From an uncultured archaeon (GTDB taxonomy: Archaea; Thermoplasmatota; Penumbrarchaeia; CAZSUE01): a stretch of 28,912 bases of DNA. Numbering within the stretch: position 1 is the stretch's first letter; each line of letters starts with the position of its first letter. The stretch lies in NCBI GenBank assembly GCA_964609045.1, contig CAZSUE010000001.1, positions 7,450 through 36,361 on the forward strand, written 5' to 3'. Positions 6,901-18,200 of this stretch are shown here, in pieces. The notes below the pieces were generated by a model. That model saw nothing but the letters and a program-made list of their open reading frames with translations. It was not told the origin of the DNA and did not search any database. A program made the position numbers and the translations under genes.

Positions 6901-8867
6901 CGGTCGTGAACAGCCAACCTACCTCCGGCTCGATGAATGGGGCGGAAAGCCTATGTCGACGCCACTGGCATCTCGTCATTGTGTTGCTGGTCGTCACCGG
7001 CGCCATGGTCGGTACCATTTTCGCCGAAAGCGGCGCTGCTGTTACCGGCGCGGCCAGTGGCACGGAGACCGACCCCACCTTCGACGCTTCGAGGAACAAC
7101 GGCACGAAGTACACTCCCACCGGCACGAGCGGGCAAAACCAAACAGACCAAGCAACGATCCACGGTGCATTCTTCTACGACCCGCAGTGTCCATCCTGCC
7201 AAGCGGCCTATGCTGTGCTGGAAACGCTCGAGAACGATCATCCCCAATTTCACGCATGGTGGTTCAATGTCAGCTCCGAGGCGAACCGTACCAAGGCGCA
7301 GACATTTCTCGACGAATACAATGTCCATTCCCTCTATCACGGCGATTATCCGTTCCTCTTCATCGGTGATCACGCCTTTTCCAGTCGTGCCCTCACCTAT
7401 GCCAATGTCTCGACCGTCCTCGAACGGTATGCGAACACCACCGTCCCGCTCTACCCGGCGTGGAACCTCGACTGGCGACTCTGTATGACTCTTTTTTATC
7501 GCGAAAGCACCGAACGCGGCGCTGCGGTAACAGAACTGCTGGCCGACCTCGACGAGCCGCATGTCACCGTGGCGATGGTCGCCCTCGACGACGAACCATA
7601 CCATCTCGATCTCTTTTCGGCCTATCTCGACCAATTGAACCGCAGTACGATCGGGACCGATGTGGACGCCTGCCTCGTCTTCGGCGAGCGCGTTCTTGTC
7701 GACGATGCGATCACCAACGAGACGCTGAGCGCACTGATCGACGAGGCGCGCGGGACCACCGTCGAGTGTCGGGAGGTCGAGGTCGAATACGAGACCGGGA
7801 CGGGGAAGGTCTGTGTCCTCATCTTCTACTCGCCGACCTGTTCCGAATGCACCATGGCGTTGAACTATCTCCGATCGGTCCGCTCCGCCCGCGACGATAT
7901 CGAGCTCGATCAGCGATCGCTGGCCGAGCCGGGGAACGCCCATGCGATGATCACCATGCTCAAGCGCTACAATCGCAGCGAGGCGGCGGGCGGGTCGCTC
8001 GCGGTGTTCATCGGCGATCATCTCTTCACCACCTACGATGGGTTGAACGACGGGTTCGAAGCCGCCCTCGCGCAATACGAGGAGAATGGGGTCGAATGCC
8101 CCGAGGTGAGCGCAGAACCGGAGGATACCCGGGAGTACCTGCAGCACTTTGAGATCGCGTTCGTTCTCGGCGCCGGTCTCCTCGACGGAGTGAACCCCTG
8201 CGCCTTCGCCATCCTCGTCTTCTTCATCACCTATCTCCTCCTCACCGGTCACGATCGACGCCGGATACTCGTCATTGGCGTTTCGTTCTCCATCGGCGTT
8301 TTCCTCGCCTATCTTCTCCTCGGGCTCGGGCTCTATTACCTTCTTGGATCGCTCACCTATCTCACCCAGATCAAGATCGCGATCTATATGGGCACCGGCG
8401 TTGTCGCCATCGTATTGGGCGCCTATAGCTTCTTTGACGCCAAAAAGGCGAAGTATGGGTCTTCGAAGGAGATGGTGCTCAAGATCCCGCGGCGGTTCCG
8501 CAAACTGAGCGACCGCGTTATCGCCGAACATGTGCGCATGCGGTATTTTGCGCTGATCGCGGTGAGCACGGGTATGGCCATATCGATGTTCGAGTTCATG
8601 TGCACCGGACAGGTCTATATCCCCGTGATCGTAGCCATGACGAGCATGGGGGGCGGCTACACGCTGGCCTATCTCTACCTCATCCTCTATAATCTCATGT
8701 TCATCGTGCCGTTGATCGCGATCTTCCTCACCGTCTATTTCGGTTCCAGCTCCGACCAGCTTCGGACATGGCTACGAAAGCGACTGGCGCTGATCAAAAG
8801 CCTCACCGGCATGTTCCTCGTCGGACTGGGAGCGGTCATGTTCTACCTCGGCACACGACTCCTCTGA
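6897..8867 (+). CDS. Membrane redox protein: N-terminal signal/TM, three thioredoxin-like domains and a C-terminal CcdA/DsbD-type TM domain (656 aa)
   Basis: Hydrophobic WHLVIVLLVVTGAMVG. FFYDPQCPSC (7188-7199) and IFYSPTCSEC (7839-7850) CxxC motifs. TM domain with GLLDGVNPCAF (Cys 8199) and FMCTGQVY (Cys 8601) and about six TM helices. ATGA overlap with the hjc stop. The true start may be a later Met. Confidence 0.8.
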   Translation: MTVVNSQPTSGSMNGAESLCRRHWHLVIVLLVVTGAMVGTIFAESGAAVTGAASGTETDPTFDASRNNGTKYTPTGTSGQNQTDQATIHGAFFYDPQCPSCQAAYAVLETLENDHPQFHAWWFNVSSEANRTKAQTFLDEYNVHSLYHGDYPFLFIGDHAFSSRALTYANVSTVLERYANTTVPLYPAWNLDWRLCMTLFYRESTERGAAVTELLADLDEPHVTVAMVALDDEPYHLDLFSAYLDQLNRSTIGTDVDACLVFGERVLVDDAITNETLSALIDEARGTTVECREVEVEYETGTGKVCVLIFYSPTCSECTMALNYLRSVRSARDDIELDQRSLAEPGNAHAMITMLKRYNRSEAAGGSLAVFIGDHLFTTYDGLNDGFEAALAQYEENGVECPEVSAEPEDTREYLQHFEIAFVLGAGLLDGVNPCAFAILVFFITYLLLTGHDRRRILVIGVSFSIGVFLAYLLLGLGLYYLLGSLTYLTQIKIAIYMGTGVVAIVLGAYSFFDAKKAKYGSSKEMVLKIPRRFRKLSDRVIAEHVRMRYFALIAVSTGMAISMFEFMCTGQVYIPVIVAMTSMGGGYTLAYLYLILYNLMFIVPLIAIFLTVYFGSSSDQLRTWLRKRLALIKSLTGMFLVGLGAVMFYLGTRLL

Positions 8868-9144
8868 TCTCATTATGCAGAATGGGTCACTCCGCGTCTG
8901 CCATGGTTCGCGTCGCAAAACGCCAATTTCTCAAAACAGCTGCGGTGAGTTCCGGGCTGCGATCCGGAAACCTAAAAGGTGTGTCAGGGGTCTGTCAGCG
9001 GGTTGCACTGTGGCGTACCTCAATCAACCAGAATAGTCCAGCACTCGCTCTGCGATCAATGAACGAAGGGGGAAAATGCGCGCTCGCTCCATCGCACCGG
9101 TGCGGCACGCTGGACACATTCGAGTCCGGCAAGAGGACGATATA

Positions 9145-9180
9145 TCGCACCTGGGCCGAGCTGGAACGACCCAGGTGCGA
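9145..9180 (-). terminator. Strong hairpin downstream of the giant surface-protein gene; candidate terminator or 3' stabilising stem
   Basis: Perfect 11-bp inverted repeat TCGCACCTGGG/CCCAGGTGCGA. On the minus-strand RNA it extends to 14 bp via one G-U pair with an 8-nt loop, about 85 nt after the stop at 9266. There is no clear poly-U tail. Confidence 0.4.
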
Positions 9181-9265
9181 CCCTCCGATCGATCGGACGA
9201 CCGAAGGTCCCATCATCTTGTACTTGTCATCTCATTTTGGCATTGGTTGAGCCGAACGATCCCAA

Positions 9266-12200
9266 TTATTCGAACTCGGCACCGCATTGCGGGCATGTGG
9301 TCGCAGAGAGCGGTATGAGCGCGCCGCACTCGAAACACTCGACCAACTCTTCCTCGTCCGCATAGATCTCCGGCTCTTTTTCGTCCGCGTAGACCTCCGG
9401 CTCTTCCTCGCCGTACGGTTCGGGCTCGGCGTATTCCGTATCCACATCGACATCCTCGAAATCGCCCTCGTCGAAATCATCTTCGTAGCCTTCGTATTCG
9501 CCCATGTCTTCATCGATGAACTCTTCTTCGAGCACCGCACCGCAACTGGGACACACCGACGCCGTCAGCGGGATCAACTCACCGCATTCGAAACACTCGA
9601 CCATCTCTTCTTCCATCGGTGTGTATTCTTCCGCTTCTCCGAACTCTTCGGCCGGATATTCTTCGGCCTCGGGCGGGGCTTCGAATGTCTCGACATCCTC
9701 GAGGTCTTCGAACTCCTCACCACCGTATTCAGCGAACTCCTCCTCTTCGGCCACCTGTTCGAACTCGATCCCGCAGTTGGGACAGACCCGATCGTCCGCA
9801 CTCAACGGCTCACCGCATTCTGGACATTCGAACTCCGCTTCTTCGGGGAAGGGTTCTTCTTCGTAGCCCAGTGGCTCCTCCTCTTCGCCCAGTTCTTCTT
9901 CCTCGACCGGTTCTTCTTCTTCCAGCGACGGCGCCCTGATCGGTTCCAGCTCCTCGGCGCCCTCCAGTTCGCTCTCCATCGTCGGCAGTTCCTCGGTGAT
10001 ACCGACCTCGAGCACGCTGAGCGGACCGAACTTCGCCCCACATTCCGGACAGACCTCGGCACTGATGGGAATGACCGCGTGACATTCGCCACACTCGACC
10101 TCCTCACCGAACTCTGCACCACATTTGGGACATTTGGTCGCCGCGATATCGATGGCGGTACCACATTCGCTACATTCAGCACCCTTCGCTTCGCGGCTGC
10201 GATAGATGAAGAATATCGCCGCGCCGACGATGCCGATAACGATGAAGATGATAATGATCGCCCAGGGGAACGCTGCCCCTTCGGTCTTTTCCTCGCCCCT
10301 GATCGAGACCTTGATCTTATCCTCCGGCTGCCAATCGAGGTTGTACTCCTCGTTTTCCACCTCAAAGATCAGGTAGCGGTCCACCGGATTCGTATAGGTC
10401 GCCTCATCCACACCGGGGATGAACTGAATTTGGAAATTACCGTTCTGGACCGATACCGTCTGTTGGCGCGTGTTGCCGAGGAAGCCGACGGTAACGGTCA
10501 GTGTCTGGACCGGGTCGCCGTTATCGAACCGCACCTCACCGCTGACGATGTACGGCTCACCGTTCGTCGCTTCGCTCGGTGCATTGAACGAATCGAAGAT
10601 GAGCGCTTTCGGCTTGATCTTGACCGTGATATTGAGGACGAACTCGTTGTTCGTCTCGTTCGCCTCGCGCAGTTCGTTCCGCGGGTCCAGTGTGACGGAG
10701 ATATTGTGCCGCCCGCCGATCGAGGGGACGATCCAGTAGAAACTTAGGTTAAGCCGCTGTCCGACCCCGATCGATACGAACTGGGAGACGATGGTACGGT
10801 TGTCGTCCCAAATGGTCAGGTTCACCGCAGGCAAAGGCCTAAGCCAGTCATTCCGGAGGGTGAGGTTGATCGTCATGTTCGTCTCCTCCTCCACCGTGGC
10901 GTTCATCTCCACTGGCTCACCGGTAACGGAATAATTGAACGATTGATCGACCAGCACGAGGTCCGGTAGCGGGAGTACCTCGATAGTATCGGCCAGATCG
11001 TTGTTGCTCTCGTTGAGCTCGCCGAAACGATCGGCCGAGTCCACGACTGCCGCGATCATATGCGTGCCGATCGTCGTCGGTGTCCATGGGACCGGGAATG
11101 TCACCTTATTGTTCACCGCGAGCGGCAACTGATCGGTGATGCGGCCGTTCTCGGCGCTGCTGAAGTTCGCGATCGTCGTCCCATCATCGGTCACGGACAA
11201 TCGGAACGCGCCGATCGCATCGATACCGACATTCTGTACCGTGATCATGATCGTGACCTCGTTGTGCACGGCGGTGTAGTTCGTATCGGTCCGCTTGGCG
11301 GTGTCGAAGCTGATATCGCTCATCTTAACATCCATGCGCGTAAAGACCTCGACCTCTACCGTGTCGTTATTGTTCTGATAGTTCGACTCGTTCGTCAGCC
11401 CGTACTTATTGACCTGTACCCGGAAGGTATAGGTGCCGATCTGTGGCGCAGTCCAGTCGATAGAGACGACCGTGGAGTCGATGAGCCCGTGTTCGAGGTC
11501 CGCGCCCTCGAGCTCGTCGATGGTGGAGACATTGAGCTGCACATCGGTCTCACCCGCGAGGAAGAACACGACATCGATGAGTTCCGCGTCGGTCTCACCC
11601 TCGTTGAAGACCTCGGCGACGATCGTGATCGAGGTGCCTTCGCGCACCGTCTTCGGCGCGGACGCGTCCACACGCAGATCGGCGCGGGTCTTGACATTGA
11701 CCGGTCGCTGCGCGGTGTTGTCCTCTTCATTCCCTTCTGCGATCACATCGTTCTCGTCGAGCACGACGCGTATAAAATGGCGCCCTTCGACTGCGGGTTC
11801 CCAGTTGACCGCAAGTTCGCGGTCGCCCATTGCGGCCAGCGTGATGTTCCAGCTGGCGATCTGCGTCTGCTCCTCACCCACGACATCGTAGAGCGTCACA
11901 TTGAACCGGCGTGCATCGTCTTCGCCCTCGTTCTGGATAAAGAGCTCGATATAGACCGTCTCACCACGGACCACGCTGTCGGACGAGAGGGAGATATCCA
12001 TGGGGTTGATGAGGAGGTTCGCTTTCGTCCGTGCGGCCAGAGTCGCCGTATGTTCGTTGTTCTGTTCGTTGCGTTCGAGGATGTCGCCGTTCTCGTGGTT
12101 GATGTACGGCGGGTCGACGACCACACGGAAGGGGTGCTCGCCGGAATAGTCGAGGCTCCAGTTCTCCGCCGTGATCGTCACCGTCTCGCCGTAGTCGAGA

Positions 12201-15200
12201 TCCACCCGTTCCTCGTGGACGAGGGTCGTACTATCGTAGATGACGATATTGACATTGCTGACATTGATCATCCCGTCGTTCATGATCTGGGCCGAGATAT
12301 CGATCACATCGCCGATAACGGGGTCGTTATCCGAGAATGTCAGTGAGATGGGGTTCAGATCGACGCGCGGAAATACATACTGGACATACTCGAGGCTATT
12401 GTTGTTCTCGTTGTTCTCGAGGATCGCATTGGTATCGTCGACCACCACGCGAATGGTATGGTTGCCGGCGTTTTGTGGCGTCCAGATGACCGAGGCGGTG
12501 CTGGATGCGCCCGCACGCAGCGTTTCGATCGTCGTCTGGTCGAACGGCTCGTCGTCATCGTAGAACTGGACCATAATATCGGTGGCGTCGCTGCCGCCCA
12601 CATTGCGTACCGTCACTTCGATGCGGTTCTCGTAGCCCACCACGATCTCGGGTGCGTCGATCGGATCGAACTGGAGACTGCCCGGGACCGGGATGAAATC
12701 CGGAAGCAGGGTGGTGAATTGGAGCGTCGTATCCACATTCTCGTTGGCGATACAGTAGCCCACCTCGGAACTATACATCGCGCCCTGGAAATCATAGTTT
12801 GCCACCAGCCGATAGTTCCCGACGAACCAGTTCCGGTCACGGGTCACGATGGAGCCCGCCACCCGGAACAGCGCTTCGCCCTCGTCGTCGGTGAGCCCGT
12901 TCGTATAGAGGCGCCAGGAGCTCGTGCGCATCGAATAGTTGTACACACTTACATTCGCCCCTGCGATCAGTATCTCGTTGGGGTCCTCCGTGTGCACGGT
13001 GAGCCACCAATAGGTGGTAAAGGATGAACGCGTGTCGGTGATGGTCAGTGCCGGCGTCTCACCGGTGGGGCGCAGCGTATCGGTGCCGCACGCCGTGGTA
13101 TTCCCATCGAGCTCCAGCGGTTGGTTCAAGGTACTGTTCGTCATCTCCAGCACGGTGTTGTTGAATTTGAGCACCGCGCCATCGCTCGCCGAGAGCGTGG
13201 CCTCATCGAATTCGATCGTGTCGCGATCATCTGTCTGGTCGAGGACGATGCTCCCCGCCATCACCGTGGAGCGCTGAATGAGGATACTCGACGCGTCGAG
13301 GAGGATCGGATCATCCGTCTGGACTGTCGAATCGACGATCTGTACCTGCGGCGTCGCATCCCGCGTGGCGGGGGCTGCGGATGCGTTGGCAAAAGAGATC
13401 GCGCCGTTGAGGTCGGTATTGGAACGGAGCGCGAGCATTGCGTTGTCGGCCATGACGATGCGCTGGACATCGAGCTGCGAATCGCTCACCTCCAGCGAGG
13501 CGTTGTCGTAGAGATAGATTGTGAGCTCGGCGTTGCTCGTCAACACCTCGTTGGCGATCTCGAGGACACCGTCGCCGTCGACGAGGATGTAATAGCGATG
13601 ATCGGATTGCTGTTGCATCTGAAATGTGCCATCTTTCAATATCAGATGACCGTGGACGATCAGATTGCCCGTGTGGATCCGGTTCGATTCGATGGTCATG
13701 GTCGGCGCGTTGTGCCGTACCACGATATCGAGCCCACTGGTGGAGAAAACGGTGACCAAGACCGAGCGTGCGTTGTTCAGCTCATCCCCCTCGGCGAAGT
13801 CGTCATTCGGGTCGAGAACGAGCTCGAGCCGATGCATGCCAGCGTTCATCGCCGTCCAGACATACTGGACCGTTTCGGTGCTATTGGCGGCGAGGGTGGC
13901 GATCGTGAGCGTCGTCACGGTGATGGCACTGCCCTCGTGATGATCGACCAGCTCCACCGCGATATCGCTGAGATCGGAGCCGCCGGTATTGACCACCTCG
14001 GCGGTGACCGTCACCGGTTCGTTCTCCAGTGGATGGTCGGTGGAGACCGCGATGGACCCGATGCTCAAGTCCGGCCGAGCCACCACTTCCACCGTTCGCT
14101 GCCGGGTATTGTCCTCTTCGTCGAGCTCGACGATATCATCTGCTGGATCGAGCCGCACCATGAGAAGATGATCGCCGGTGGAAGACGGCGTCCATGTGAA
14201 CGCAACCTCGGTGGACACTCCCACTGAGAGTGACGCAACGACAGTGTCGTCCACTTCGACATCATCGACCAAGAGCACGACGGATATATCCTCCGCGACG
14301 ATATTGCCCTCATTGACCACCGTGGCGGTGACCTCCACCGTATTATCGACCATGGGACGATCGTTCGAGAGGACGATCTGTGAAGGTTGGATCGCGAGAT
14401 CGGGCACGAGATCGCGCAATACAATGACCTGCGCTTGGTTCTCGTCATCCATGACCGCCACCGATTCGTTGACGAGACCGGACGATTCCGCTTCGATACG
14501 ATAGTTGCCCACAAACCATTCACGCACCGACTCTTGCACGCTTGAGGGGAGCTCGAAAAGGATGTCGCCCGATACGGTGGTGGTCTTCGTACGATAGAGC
14601 GTTTCGTCCGTGGGATCAGCCTCGTCAAAGGAATAGACGCGCACCGTCGCCCCCGCAACGGCCATACCGTTGCCGTCTTGAACGGTCACCGTGAGCCACC
14701 AGTAGGTGCGATAGACCGCGGTGTCGTACACGGTCACATCGAGCTGCTCTCCGCCCATGTCGAGGCAATTGGTGCAATCTGCGGTGGTCGCGCCACGCAA
14801 CACGAGCGCCGGCGCAAAGCTCGTGTTCTTCGCAATGAGGCTCGTATTATCGAACACAAGCGTCCCTCCGGGTGTATCGAGTATAAGATCGTTCAATGAC
14901 ACCGTCTCGGTGTCGGCGTCGGTATCGAACGTGATCGCGGAACCGGTGAGGGTCGCGCCGTCCACCTCGACGCTGGGTGCGACGAGATGAAGCGCGTTCG
15001 TCGACGAGATCTCGGACTGGCCGGCGATCGTAACGCTCGCACCCGTTCCCGCCTGCCAATCCACCTGGCCATTGATCGTGGCACTTTCCACCGTCACGCT
15101 CGCGCTATCGCGCCCGACCAACGCCGTAAGCTCGAGTGTGGACCGCACCACCTGAACAAAACTCGTGTCGTACGCGTAGCAATAGAGCGGTTCGGCGCTT

Positions 15201-18200
15201 TCGAGCGTACTATCCTCGAAACGGATCTCGCCGGCGCCACTGACTTGGATGAAATAGCGATGGCTCTGATCTTGATCCATGGTGATCGAGGCATCGCGGA
15301 CGACCAATGTTCCCTCCACGAGGATATTGCCCGACACGATCCGATCGGTGCGGATCGTTTTCGTATCCCCCGCTGGCACCACGATATCGAGCCCGTCGGT
15401 GGAGAAGGCGTTGAACACGGTACGATGCTCGTTATTGCTCTCGTTCGACTCCGTCACCGTTCCATTCGGGTCCACCGTCAAAACGATGGAGTGCCGACCG
15501 GCGCGGGCGACCGTCCATTGGAACGAGAACGGCTGGGTCGTACCTGCATCGAGGTCGTATTCCGCCCGTCCGGCCTCCACCTCACCGTCATTCACCACGA
15601 TAGCCACCGTGGTGAGGTTGATCTGGCCGTCGTTCACCAGCTCGCCCGCAACAGTGACCGTATCACCCACGAAGACATGCGCGGGCGGCATACTGAGGCT
15701 GAGGGATTCGACCCGCAAGTCCGGGTTCATGACCACGGAATAAACCACGGTGGCGTTATTGTTCGTATAATCGATCTCGGTGACGGTCCGCTCCGCATTG
15801 ATGGCCACAAGAATTGTGTGCTGACCCAGCGTACCGGATCGCAACTGGACGAAGAATTCGTCGCTCTGGGTGCCGGCGTCAAGATCGACCATCCAGCTCT
15901 CGATCAACTCATCGTCGTCATAGAGCTCGATCATCGCGTTCTCCGCGGCAGCGGCGCCGCGGTTCCGGATCATGAAACTGACATTGATAGATTGTGAAAG
16001 GCTGGGCTGTACCGTCGACAGCTGGATATCGTCCGCGAGGACCTCGAGATCGGGTGCCATTCCGCTGAAGTTGAGCGTGGTCGCACGATTCCCCTCCTCG
16101 ACGGTGACAAATTGGACCGAGGACGATTCGCCGTAATAGCGAGCGGTCACCCGATAGTTGCCGACAAAAGCCGTGCCGTCGCTATCGACCACCGCACTCA
16201 ACACCCTGAACAACGCCGCGCCGTCGGAGTCGGTGACACCGTAGCTGTCGTTCGAAAAGACGCTCGGGCGCGCGGTGGAATAGTTCCAGACCGTCACGCT
16301 GGCGCCTTCGACCGAAAGCGCGTTGGCGTCCACGGTCGCCACGGTCAGCCACCAATATTCTCTCGCATGTGAGCCGCTGTCCGCGATGGAGAGCGCCACG
16401 ACGGTGTTGGTGATATTCGCGCTGCTCCCACCATCGAGCATGAGCGCTTGTCCGATCGAACAATTGGTCAGGTTCAGCTCCGCACCCTCGAAGACCAATG
16501 TTGCGGTCTCCTCGCTTTCGATGATGGTTTCCTCGAGATGGATCTCATCGGCGTCCGCGCTGGCGTCCAGCGCGTATTCGACGCTGTCAAACTCCGAGTA
16601 TCGGATCGTAATGGTCGTGGCGTCGAGCCGCATGGTGTCGATGGTCGCCACCGTTCCATGGATCTCGACGGTGGTGCCGGTATCGGCGACGAAAAGCGAG
16701 AGCGCTGCAATGGAATCTTCGAGACGGATCCGACCGCCGTTTTCGAGATAGAGGCTCAGATCAAGATTACTATCCAGTGCGGCATTGTCGGTGACCAGCT
16801 CACCGCCGTCGATCCAGATGAGATACCGCTGCGATGCGCTCTGGCGAATATCGAGGGCCGAGTCGTTGATATAGAGCGTGCCGCGGACGATCACATTACC
16901 GGAAAGGACCACATCGGTGGTGATCGATTCCACCTCGCCGTCGGGCACCACGAGATCGCTGGTGGAATGGGAATAAGCGCCGATGGTCTCCGACCGCGTA
17001 TTGTTCTCCTCGTTCGCTTCCACATACCGGTCGGTGGTGTCAATGCGCACCTCGAGGATGTGATCGCCCGCGCTCGTAAAGACCAGTGCCGGGATCCAGC
17101 TCACGGTCTCACCTGCAGCGAACGACTGCTGCGTCGTCGCCTCCAGTGCGCCGTCGAGGTAGAGCTCCACATCGATGTCCAATACCGGGCACAGACCGTC
17201 GTTGGTCAACTCTACGGTGACATCGAGCGTGTCGTCGACGAAGGTGTGCATGGAACTCGGCTGCAAGGCACTAATCAATAGGTCGGGGCTGGGGACAACC
17301 GTCACCGCCGCCGAGGCATCGTTGTTCGCATAGGACGATTCGATGATCTCCTCGCCGGGATTCACCATGACCCATACCGTCTGCGCCATGGCCTCGTCCG
17401 GTGTCCAGCTCATATTCACAACTGCATTGCCCATGGCCGAGATATTGACCCTCTTCGATCCGATCAGTACGGTATCGTGGTAGAACTCGACGAGCACCTC
17501 TCGTGCCGCGGTGGACCCGAGGTTATCGACCTGTACTTCGATCGAGACCGGGTTGGCCACAGAGGGTTGATCGGGAGAGAGCGTGATGTTTTCGCTCATG
17601 ACCGCGAGATCGGGTATCAGCGCGTCCAGGGTGAGTTGGACCTCTTTATCCGTGTACCGCATGGAGATGTCGCGCGTATCCGACACGAGCGTATCGATCG
17701 TTGCGTTCACCTTGTAGTTCCCGATGAAGAACGAGCCGGTGTGATTGATCACCGTGCCGATGGTGGCAAACCGCACCCACCCCTCTGCACCGGTGGTGGC
17801 GTTCGCATAGAGAGCGTCGACGAGGCCGCGTTCGATCTTCGTCACGGTGACATTCGCTCCCGCCACCGCCGCGGCGTTCGCGTCGATTACGGTGACGGTG
17901 AGCCACCAATAACGTCGAGCCACGGAGTTCTCGTCGGCGATCGCGATGGCGATCTGCTGCCCCGACGAGCGGCTCGAACTGGTGATATTGAGCGTCGAAG
18001 AGCTGTCGAGCGCGATATCGAGTTCGAGCGTGGCGTTGACCAATGTGATTTCAGCATTCGTGAATGTAAGTCCAGTGGTGGAAGCGGGTGCGCAGGTGAG
18101 ATTCTCGATGGTGATCGTATCGGCGTCGTCGGATCGATCCAGTGTGATCGTTTCCGCATCGATGACCGCGTCGGTGACCGAGAGCGTTCTTGCGTCGACA

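Noticed and set aside
6951-8531. 526-aa minus-strand ORF antisense to the Trx/CcdA gene
   Set aside because: Antisense shadow with no domain signature.
8768-9250. 160-aa plus-strand ORF across the convergent spacer
   Set aside because: It overlaps the upstream gene out of frame, has no SD and atypical composition, and crosses the palindrome cluster.
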